The translations under genes were made by a program, and so were the position numbers. From Minisyncoccota bacterium (GTDB taxonomy: Bacteria; Patescibacteriota; Minisyncoccia; Minisyncoccales; JAZKSW01), in the NCBI GenBank assembly GCA_036625875.1, contig JAZKSW010000002.1, forward strand, positions 1-33,725: 33,725 bases of DNA, read 5' to 3'. Below are positions 8,400 through 15,690 of the stretch, one piece after another. The notes below the pieces were generated by a model. It had not been told where the DNA came from, ran no database searches, and saw only the letters and a list, made by a program, of their open reading frames with translations. Positions within the stretch are counted from its first letter, which is position 1. Each line of letters begins with the position of its first letter.

Positions 8400-8768
8400 A
8401 TGAACGATAAAAAATTTAAAGAATTAATCCAAGAAGGACTTGAAGAGTTACCTTCTAAGATCAGAGACAAGATGGAGAACGTAGCTTTAGTGGTAGAGGA
8501 TAAACCTTCTTCTGAGCAGAGGAGTAATTTTGGCAATAAGAAACTTTTTGGTCTCTATCAAGGTACTCCTCAGTCAAAGAGAAACTCAGCTTACGGAAAG
8601 GGCGCCTTACCGGATAAAATCACTATTTTTAAAGAGATAATTGAAGATAAATTTGATGAAGAGGAAGACATCAAAGATAAGGTTAAGCAGGTAGTTTGGC
8701 ACGAGGTGGCTCATCATTTTGGTTTTGATGAGTCTGAAGTGCGGAAGTTAGAAAAACAAAGGTTTTAA
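8400..8768 (+). CDS. Minimal zincin-like metallopeptidase (DUF1025 type)
   Basis: LFGLYQG.P, PDKITIF, HEVAHHFG; start ATG 8400 or GTG 8394. Confidence 0.88.
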   Translation: MNDKKFKELIQEGLEELPSKIRDKMENVALVVEDKPSSEQRSNFGNKKLFGLYQGTPQSKRNSAYGKGALPDKITIFKEIIEDKFDEEEDIKDKVKQVVWHEVAHHFGFDESEVRKLEKQRF

Positions 8769-8809
8769 CTCATTAGTAAATTATAAGAACTCTCGCTTCA
8801 CTCGAGAAT

Positions 8810-8882
8810 CTTCTATTTACTCACTCGTTTCAAAAAGGTAAAAATTAATCATTTTAACTTTTCTTACTCATTCGCAAATATG
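8810..8882. repeat. 73-bp structured intergenic repeat, copy 2 (ends on ATG 8880)
   Basis: CTTCTATTTACTCACTCG...ACTCATTCGCAAATATG. Confidence 0.92.
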
Positions 8883-9128
8883 TTTGATAAACTTAAGCAG
8901 ATGAAACAATTAAGGGATTTGAAGTCTTCTATGGAAAAAGAAGATGCAACTGTAGAGAAACAAGGAGTAAAAGTTACTGTTAACGGCTCGATGAAAGTAA
9001 AGAGTGTTGAACTAAATTCTGATTTGTCTTTGGACGAACAACAATCATTGGTTAAGCAATGTGTTAACGAAGCTTTTCAGAAGGTCCAACAAAGAGTAGC
9101 TCAAAAAATGAAAGAGGCTCAACAGTAA
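8880..9128 (+). CDS. YbaB/EbfC family nucleoid-associated protein
   Basis: MFDKLKQ..., GVKVTVNG...V.SV, L...VNEA..K pattern. Confidence 0.8.
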   Translation: MFDKLKQMKQLRDLKSSMEKEDATVEKQGVKVTVNGSMKVKSVELNSDLSLDEQQSLVKQCVNEAFQKVQQRVAQKMKEAQQ

Positions 9129-9129
9129 T

Positions 9130-9639
9130 ATGGATGTCCAACAGGCAATTCTAAAAAGGAGGAGTGTCAGAGAGTATAAAAATCAGGAAGTTCCTTCGGA
9201 AAAGTTGAATAAAATTTTAAAAGCAGCTCAAATGGCACCCTCCGCCCACAATGATCAACCTTGGAAATTCGTTGTGGTTGAGAAAGAGATTACTAAAGAA
9301 AAGCTGGCGGAAGCGGCTCAGCAGTCTTTTATTGCCACAGCTCCAGTTATTATTGCTGCAGTAGCTCTAAATCCGAAGAAGGAAATGAGTTGTGAGGTTC
9401 CTAGTTACGCAGTAAATCTGGCTATTGCAGTAGACCATATGACCTTGGCGGCTACTGAACTGGGTCTAGGGACTTGTTGGATTGGAGCTTTTTCTCAAAA
9501 TGAAGTGAAGCGAATTTTGGAAATACCCGATCAATATAAAGTAGTGAGCTTATTACCGTTAGGGGTGCCTGCAGATGAGACTAAATCTAAACAAAGAAAG
9601 GATTTAGAAGAAATCTTTTGTAAAGAAAAATTCCAATGA
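9130..9639 (+). CDS. Nitroreductase family protein
   Basis: RRSVR.Y, APSA.N.QPW.F.VV, LAA...GLGTCWIG. Confidence 0.95.
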   Translation: MDVQQAILKRRSVREYKNQEVPSEKLNKILKAAQMAPSAHNDQPWKFVVVEKEITKEKLAEAAQQSFIATAPVIIAAVALNPKKEMSCEVPSYAVNLAIAVDHMTLAATELGLGTCWIGAFSQNEVKRILEIPDQYKVVSLLPLGVPADETKSKQRKDLEEIFCKEKFQ

Positions 9640-9749
9640 ATCTATTCGATTGGCTAACAATAGTGGTGGTAATAATATTTCTGTTTATTTTCCTTTCTAG
9701 TAATTTTAGTCCATTTTCTGATTTTATGAATCAGATTATGGTTTTTTAA
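9636..9749 (+). CDS. Small single-TM protein, 37 aa (not in ORF track)
   Basis: MNLFDWLTIVVVIIFLFIFLSSNFSPFSDFMNQIMVF; ATGA overlap with the upstream stop and TAATG overlap with the downstream start. Confidence 0.65.
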   Translation: MNLFDWLTIVVVIIFLFIFLSSNFSPFSDFMNQIMVF

Positions 9750-10063
9750 TGAGCGGTAGAATTAGAAAGTCGGATTTAGTATGGACTTCACACGCGGAAA
9801 GAAAAAGAAAGTATTATCAACTTTCTCAGACTAGGGTATTAAAAACTTTGAGGGATCCCGATAGAGTTGAAAAAGGAATAGCTTCAGAAACAGTTGCCTG
9901 CATGAAAAGATTAGGTACTGATAAAAATCCTTGGGAAGCATGGGTAATGTGGCAAAAGGAAGGTCATCAAAAGAAAATTATTTCAGTATGGCGATATCCG
10001 GGAACTTCCCCGGAAGGAGAACCACCACTTCCTGAAGATTTACCGGAGGGCTTTGAGATATAA
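9749..10063 (+). CDS. Hypothetical protein, DUF4258/RelE-like fold suspected
   Basis: WTSHA..K...Y.LS...V...LR.PDR.E.G and KIISVWRY pattern. Confidence 0.6.
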   Translation: MSGRIRKSDLVWTSHAERKRKYYQLSQTRVLKTLRDPDRVEKGIASETVACMKRLGTDKNPWEAWVMWQKEGHQKKIISVWRYPGTSPEGEPPLPEDLPEGFEI

Positions 10064-10087
10064 GCCCCTTTTAAATTACATTTATAA

Positions 10088-10849
10088 ATGAAAATGGTCT
10101 ACTTGGTTTTGGCATTGCTAGTTCTTTTTGCTTGTTACCTTTTTACGGAACCTTATCTCTTAAAGACAAAAAGAGTAGAATTGGATATGAAAGAAGAGAA
10201 TTTAAAAATAGTGCACTTAACAGATTTACATTCCAAGAAATTTGGTTGGACTGAAAGGAGAGTTTTAGAGAGGTTAAGAGAAGTAGATCCTGATTATATT
10301 TTTGTAACTGGAGACTTCGTAGATGATAGCACTTATAACTTAGAGGAGTGTCAACAGTTTTGGGAAGCTTTAGTTGACCAACATTCGGGGAAAGTCTATG
10401 GAGTACTGGGCAACCATGAATATAGACATCCTAAAACCAAAGAAGTTATTGGTCGGTTGAAAGAAAGTGGTATAAAGTTACTCAATAATGAGTCGGTTGA
10501 ATTGAATGGACTTATTTTAGGAGGAGTTAAAAGTCCCCATCTGAAGCATGATGAAATGAATAAGGCTCTTAAACGGGATGTAGATATTTTATTGGCTCAT
10601 TCGCCGGAGATTTTTAGGAAAGTTAAAGATAAGAAAGTTGATTTAATGTTGTCGGGTCATACACACGGAGGACAAATTAATATTCCCATTTTAAGAGGGT
10701 TGGTTTTACCTCTGAGGTATGGTAAAAAGTATAGAGAAGGGGTATTTAAAGAGCAAGATACTTATTTGCACGTAAGCAGAGGAATAGGTACTTCTATATT
10801 GCCTATTAGATTTAATGCCCCTCCGGAAATCAGTATAATTGAATTTTAA
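10088..10849 (+). CDS. Calcineurin-like metallophosphoesterase (YkuE type)
   Basis: DLH, GDFVD, GNHE, LAHSP, GHTHGGQ, SRGIG, R.N.PPEI. Confidence 0.93.
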   Translation: MKMVYLVLALLVLFACYLFTEPYLLKTKRVELDMKEENLKIVHLTDLHSKKFGWTERRVLERLREVDPDYIFVTGDFVDDSTYNLEECQQFWEALVDQHSGKVYGVLGNHEYRHPKTKEVIGRLKESGIKLLNNESVELNGLILGGVKSPHLKHDEMNKALKRDVDILLAHSPEIFRKVKDKKVDLMLSGHTHGGQINIPILRGLVLPLRYGKKYREGVFKEQDTYLHVSRGIGTSILPIRFNAPPEISIIEF

Positions 10850-10869
10850 CTATAAGATTTTTTCAGCTC

Positions 10870-10941
10870 CTTCTATTTGCTCACTCGCTTCAAAAGTATA
10901 AATAATTACTTATTTAACTTTTTTACTCGTTCGTAAATATG
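10870..10941. repeat. 72-bp structured intergenic repeat, copy 3 (ends on ATG 10939)
   Basis: CTTCTATTTGCTCACTCG...ACTCGTTCGTAAATATG. Confidence 0.92.
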
Positions 10942-11295
10942 ATTGATCATTACGAGTTTGGAAAAATAGTAATCGATGGAGAAATTTATGATTATGATGT
11001 TGAAGTGCGTTGGAATGGAAAGGTTCTTAAATGGTGGCGTGATGAGGGTCATGTTTTTGCAATTAGTGATATAAAAAGAGCAGTCGAAGAAGAGCCAGAA
11101 GCTATTGTTTTAGGGACGGGTGCGAACGGAAGAGCTGAAGTATCCAAAGAAGCTAGAAATTTCATACAGGAAAGAAAAATTAAATTAATAATAGATAAAA
11201 CTAAACCTGCCATTAAATCATTTGAATTACTAGCGGAAGAAGGTAATGAGAAGGCACCTGAAAAAGTAATTGGCTTATTTCATCTAACGTGTTAA
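10939..11295 (+). CDS. Mth938-like (DUF498) protein
   Basis: I..Y.FG.I.IDG..Y..D, WWR..GH, GTG, T..A, C-terminal HLTC. Confidence 0.9.
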   Translation: MIDHYEFGKIVIDGEIYDYDVEVRWNGKVLKWWRDEGHVFAISDIKRAVEEEPEAIVLGTGANGRAEVSKEARNFIQERKIKLIIDKTKPAIKSFELLAEEGNEKAPEKVIGLFHLTC

Positions 11296-11348
11296 TGGTT
11301 TTAAGTTTTTTAAAAGGTCGTTTTTACTTAATTTATTAATTATTAAAT

Positions 11349-12245
11349 ATGTTTAAACGATTGGTTTTAAGCATCTTAATACTCGTATTCGGAGTAGCAA
11401 TGGTAGGCATGGCTTCTGCTGATACTGTAGACATGACTGAGAGTGAATGTAATGATGCAGACAACTACTGGTACGAAGACACGTGCTACACAACAGAAAA
11501 CGAAAAGCTCAATGCTCAGATTGTGAGCTTGAACGACAGAATTGATGAGCTTCTGGGTATGCTGGAAGAAGAGGAAAAAGAAGAACAAGAAGAAAAAGAA
11601 CAAGAAGAGCAACCCCAACAAGCTCCTCCTATACTATGTGAAGGGGTTTCTTTTGATCGGCCCTTGAAATTGGGAACGAGAGGTGAAGATGTAAAATGTC
11701 TTCAAGCTATGCTTAATGAGAAATTAGATGAGCCATTGGCTAAAAAAGGTCCTGGCTCCCCCGGCAATGAAACTGATTACTTCGGTCCCCTTACCAAAGA
11801 GGGAGTAAAAAGATTTCAGAAAAAATATGAGCAAGATATACTTGCTCCTTGGAATCTTTCCAGAGGCACCGGATTTGTAGGTGGAAGAACTCGTGAAAAA
11901 TTGAATAGATTTGTGAAGAGAAAAATAGAACAAGAACAGGAACAAGAGAGAGAAAAGGAGCAGGAAGACAAAGAAGATGAAGAACAACAAGAACAAGAGG
12001 AACAAACAGAAGAAGATTTAACTTATTGTGATACCGATGATGATTGCACTCTGGTTAATGAAAACTGCTGTGGCTGTGAAAACGGTGGTGGAAAAAAATG
12101 CATTAATAAAGAATTTGAAGAAAGTTGGAAATCAGAATTAAACTGCGAAGAGAAAGAGGATATAGCTTGCCCCATGGTTTACCTTTGCGATGACTTACCC
12201 AGTGGTTGTGAATGTGTAGATAATACTTGTCAAACCATAGAGTAA
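11349..12245 (+). CDS. Secreted protein with peptidoglycan-binding domain, E/Q linkers and Cys-rich modules
   Basis: Signal peptide; L.LG..GEDVKCLQ..LN...GSPGNET.YFG.LT...V..FQ...TGFVG..TR.KLN; 12-Cys C-terminal module. Confidence 0.82.
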   Translation: MFKRLVLSILILVFGVAMVGMASADTVDMTESECNDADNYWYEDTCYTTENEKLNAQIVSLNDRIDELLGMLEEEEKEEQEEKEQEEQPQQAPPILCEGVSFDRPLKLGTRGEDVKCLQAMLNEKLDEPLAKKGPGSPGNETDYFGPLTKEGVKRFQKKYEQDILAPWNLSRGTGFVGGRTREKLNRFVKRKIEQEQEQEREKEQEDKEDEEQQEQEEQTEEDLTYCDTDDDCTLVNENCCGCENGGGKKCINKEFEESWKSELNCEEKEDIACPMVYLCDDLPSGCECVDNTCQTIE

Positions 12246-13237
12246 TGAAATTGGACTGGAAACTTTATTTGATTACGGGAATAGGGCTAATTTCAGCCCT
12301 ATTCCTTTTGTTTTTGGTTAACCAACAGAAGGCTTTTTACAACAAACTATCTTATTCCTTAGAAGCAAAACTTCAAACTGAAGGGAAACTTACTACAACT
12401 CTATTATTTACGGGAGATATTATGTTGGACCGAGGGGTAGAAAAAGTAGTAAAAAAATACGGAGAAGATTATGAGTTTCCTTTTTTAAAGATTAAAGATT
12501 ATTTACAAAATGCGGATATTTTATTCGGCAACTTGGAGAGTGTCATTTCCGATGAAGGGTATCAAATAAAGCCAACTTATCCCTTTAGGGCGGAACCGAG
12601 AGCCAAGTACGGTTTGGGGAAAGCTGGTTTTGATGTAGTTTCTTGTGCTAACAATCACTCTCTTGATTACGGAGCTGAAGCCTTAAGAGATAGTATTGAT
12701 AATTTAAAACAAGTAGAAATTAGTTGTGTCGGAGCAGGAGTTAAAGAGGAAGCTTGTGCTCCGGTTGTAAAAAAGAAGAACGATTTAAAAGTAGCTTATT
12801 TAGCTTACACTTATTTAGCTCCGGAAGGTTGGGTTGTCAGCGAGAATAAAACGGGAATAGCCTGGCTTAATGAAAAGAATTTAAAACAAGGAGTTAATGA
12901 AGCTGAGCAAAAGGCGGACTTGGTTGTGGTGTCTTTTCATTTTGGTAAAGAATATGAGAAGAAACCCAACTCTCATCAAAAGAGTTATTCTCACCTGGCA
13001 ATTGACTCTGGGGCTGATTTAGTAATAGGGCACCATCCTCACGTCGTTCAAACAGTTGAGCAATATAAAGACGGCTGGATTGCTTATTCTCTGGGTAATT
13101 TTGTTTTTGATCAAAACTTCTCCAAAGAAACGATGAAAGGATTGATTTTGGAGGTTGAAGTTAAGGACAAGAAAATAAAAAGGGTTACTCCTCGCAGAGT
13201 AACCATTAATGATTATTTTCAACCCGTTTTGGATTAA
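12245..13237 (+). CDS. CapA (PGA_cap) family metallophosphoesterase with N-terminal TM
   Basis: GDIML.R, NLE, ANNHSLDYG, H.G.EY, GHHPHV.Q, YSLGNFVFDQ; ATG 12245 overlaps the upstream TAA. Confidence 0.92.
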   Translation: MKLDWKLYLITGIGLISALFLLFLVNQQKAFYNKLSYSLEAKLQTEGKLTTTLLFTGDIMLDRGVEKVVKKYGEDYEFPFLKIKDYLQNADILFGNLESVISDEGYQIKPTYPFRAEPRAKYGLGKAGFDVVSCANNHSLDYGAEALRDSIDNLKQVEISCVGAGVKEEACAPVVKKKNDLKVAYLAYTYLAPEGWVVSENKTGIAWLNEKNLKQGVNEAEQKADLVVVSFHFGKEYEKKPNSHQKSYSHLAIDSGADLVIGHHPHVVQTVEQYKDGWIAYSLGNFVFDQNFSKETMKGLILEVEVKDKKIKRVTPRRVTINDYFQPVLD

Positions 13238-14247
13238 TCAGTTGTCCATTTAATTTTATTCTCTTTTACTTCAAAACTTCCCTCTAAGAACTTTTCTATC
13301 AACCAAATGTTTGTTTTGCAGTGATCTGTTACTTCGGAAACGGTAATTTTAGAATCACCGGCCAGGGCCATGTAAATCAAAATTTGGTCTGCCATGTATT
13401 TATCCAAACAGCCGTCTGACTTTTGTTGTTCTAATAACTCCAAAGCGGCTTCCTTACCTACTTGTTCTGCTCTCTTTTTTAATTTACCTATGTTATCTGT
13501 GCCTATAATCGAATTACTGAAGTTTGCAATTAGGGAAATATGACTACCGGGACACTTTGTATTATAGTAATTTTCCTCTTCTTTGATTGGCAATTGGTCA
13601 GGTAATACCTCGTCAGCGCCGCTTATTTGCCTATGAGCTACACTTTTATCTTTTAATTGGGTAGCAGCTCCGGATTTCATCGTTATCTCCTTAACCCGCT
13701 TCTTTTTGAGTAGATGAATTGTTCTTAAATTCGATGGTTTAATTTTTGCTATGACTTCGGCACCTCCCTGGGGGTAATACCCTCTTCTTTTTATATCTAA
13801 ATCGACGGAAACGCCCATTCTTTCTAAATTTTTTAGGAATACATTCTGAAAATAATCAATGGTCGGGCTAAAAAAGGTATCCGTTGCTCCACCTCTGAAA
13901 TGTATTTCGGTGGGTTCTGATGCTTGAAGCGCTATTGGAATTAAACCTTGTAAAACCAAGGTGATGCTTCCGGCGGTATCTATATCTACAGTGATATGTT
14001 TACCTTCAATTTTTCCGGGCTTGAATTCGATTTCTTCGGAGTCCTGCTTAACATTATTGAATTGGGCACTACAAAGTTCAGCTGCGGCTTTAATGCCAGA
14101 CAGGTGCTGGGGGCGTAATCCTGACTTCTTTCGCCCCTTTCTAATATTGGTTACATGAATATCTTGATTGGTTATAGCGGAGAGAGCGGTAGCTGTTCTT
14201 AAAATAGCACCTCCTCCCTCGTGTTTGGAACCATCAATTTGTAACAT
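13234..14247 (-). CDS. rtcA: RNA 3'-terminal phosphate cyclase
   Basis: IDGS..EGGG.ILR, GLRPQHL, TAGSITLVLQ, RGYYPQGG, ADQI...MALA, catalytic-type H in DHCKTN. Confidence 0.95.
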   Translation of the reverse strand: MLQIDGSKHEGGGAILRTATALSAITNQDIHVTNIRKGRKKSGLRPQHLSGIKAAAELCSAQFNNVKQDSEEIEFKPGKIEGKHITVDIDTAGSITLVLQGLIPIALQASEPTEIHFRGGATDTFFSPTIDYFQNVFLKNLERMGVSVDLDIKRRGYYPQGGAEVIAKIKPSNLRTIHLLKKKRVKEITMKSGAATQLKDKSVAHRQISGADEVLPDQLPIKEEENYYNTKCPGSHISLIANFSNSIIGTDNIGKLKKRAEQVGKEAALELLEQQKSDGCLDKYMADQILIYMALAGDSKITVSEVTDHCKTNIWLIEKFLEGSFEVKENKIKWTTD

Positions 14248-14345
14248 GATGTTTCATTAGGACAACCACTTTTATTTTAGCAGTTTTTCTTAGGATTGGC
14301 CAGCCTGGTTGATTTTATGAATTTTATGAATTAAAATTGGGGTAA

Positions 14346-14418
14346 GGCCTGGTGCCCGAGTAGCTTAGGGAGCGGTTTGCAAAACCGTTTTACAGGGGTG
14401 CAAATCCCCTCCAGGCCT
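14346..14418 (+). tRNA. tRNA-Cys(GCA), CCA not encoded
   Basis: Acceptor GGCCTGG/CCAGGCC, discriminator U, anticodon arm GCGGT-TTGCAAA-ACCGT, T arm AGGGG-TGCAAAT-CCCCT. Confidence 0.93.
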
Positions 14419-14419
14419 C

Positions 14420-15052
14420 ATGTTTTTTTATTTGATATTAGTTTATCTGTTAAGTTCGATTCCAATAAGTTTCTTGTTGGTGAAACGAACATCCGAAGTT
14501 GACCTTCGAAAAGTAGGAAGTAAGAAGGTAAGTGTTTCCAATGTAGTTAAAAACGCAGGTGTTAAAAGTGGATTGATATGTCTTGTCTTTAATCTAATGA
14601 AGGGTTTTTTAGCAGTCTACTTAACTCAGCACTTTGGATTTAATTGGCAAGTACAAATAGCAGCCGGTATTTTGGTAGTAGCTGCTCAGTTATGGCCTTT
14701 GTTTTTTAGATTCTGGGGTGGAACGGGTTTTGTCGTTGTGATCGGTGCACTTTTGTTTTTAGCGCCTAAAATAGCATTGGGGGCTGCAGTTGTCAGAATA
14801 TTAGTTGAAGTTATAATTAATTATTATGATTTGTTACCGGAAGGAGAGTCGATGGGAATAACTTTTGCTTTGTTATTGGTAAGTATTTGGGGTTTTTGGA
14901 GTAGTTTGGGACTAGGGATTTTTGGGATTGCTACCTTTGGTCTTGTCCACCTTGCAAGGATATTGGGAATACCCGGTTCTTTAAAGGAAATTAGTAGCAA
15001 AAAAACTTTACTGCTGAGATTGCTTTATAATCAAGGGGTTAAGCGGGGGTAA
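14420..15052 (+). CDS. plsY: PlsY-like glycerol-3-phosphate acyltransferase, degenerate motifs
   Basis: YLLSSIP, VDLR.VGS, N..KG, WPLF.RF.GG.G; polytopic membrane protein. Confidence 0.75.
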   Translation: MFFYLILVYLLSSIPISFLLVKRTSEVDLRKVGSKKVSVSNVVKNAGVKSGLICLVFNLMKGFLAVYLTQHFGFNWQVQIAAGILVVAAQLWPLFFRFWGGTGFVVVIGALLFLAPKIALGAAVVRILVEVIINYYDLLPEGESMGITFALLLVSIWGFWSSLGLGIFGIATFGLVHLARILGIPGSLKEISSKKTLLLRLLYNQGVKRG

Positions 15053-15157
15053 TTTTACTCGGTTAGTTTTTAGGTTCTGAATTTAAATTGAAAACGTCCA
15101 GAAAACCCGCTATTGTTGGTAAAAGCTCTACTTTCTATAAAGGACTAAAATAAATAC

Positions 15158-15186
15158 TTGACAATTAAAATGGATGAGAATAGGAT
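15158..15186 (+). promoter_or_regulatory. Sigma70-type promoter of greA
   Basis: TTGACA, 17 bp spacer, TAGGAT; ATG 9 nt downstream. Confidence 0.65.
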
Positions 15187-15195
15187 GAAAATACA

Positions 15196-15663
15196 ATGGC
15201 TAGCAAAAAGTTTTATCTAACTAAAAAAGGACTCAAGAAGCTTCGTCAGAAGTACAAGGATCTGATGGGAAGATTGAAAAAGCTCAAGAAGGAAGGAGAA
15301 GTTCCTAAGCTTTTACATTCGGAAGATCCCAATCCAGAGTATCTTTCTTTTCAGGAAGACTTAAATTTTCTTGAAGCAAGAATTTCTAAGGTAGAGAAAG
15401 CTCTAGCTAACGCCGAACTTATTGAGAAACCTCCCGAGGAAGAACAGGATGAAGTACAGGTTGGAGCTACAGTAAAAGTGGAAGTGAACGGAGAAGAGGA
15501 TGAATTCACTATTGTGGGTAGTGCTGAAGCAGCACCGTCTAAAGGTAAAATAAGTAATGAATGTCCAGTGGGTCAAGCTTTGCTGGGTAGCAAAGCTGGA
15601 GATGAAGTTACGGTTAATTCTAAAGTAAAGACGAAGTATAAGATTAAAGAAATTAATTATTAA
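15196..15663 (+). CDS. greA: GreA/GreB family transcription elongation factor
   Basis: YLT..G..KL, N.EY, RI...E..L, V..G..V, IVG..EA.P..GKIS..PVG.ALLG. Confidence 0.9.
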   Translation: MASKKFYLTKKGLKKLRQKYKDLMGRLKKLKKEGEVPKLLHSEDPNPEYLSFQEDLNFLEARISKVEKALANAELIEKPPEEEQDEVQVGATVKVEVNGEEDEFTIVGSAEAAPSKGKISNECPVGQALLGSKAGDEVTVNSKVKTKYKIKEINY

Positions 15664-15690
15664 AAATAACGAGAAAAATAAATCTTGCTT

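Noticed and set aside
2164-10941. The three 72-bp repeats as a CRISPR array or canonical integron attC sites
   Set aside because: Too long and kilobases apart for CRISPR, with no cas genes; they lack RYYYAAC/GTTRRRY cores and no integrase is present
11376-12005. Phe/Leu-rich minus-strand ORFs
   Set aside because: Antisense artefacts of GAA/CAA-rich E/Q linkers
14314-14332. TTTTATGAA direct repeat in the tRNA-Cys promoter spacer
   Set aside because: Only two AT-rich units; plausible by chance
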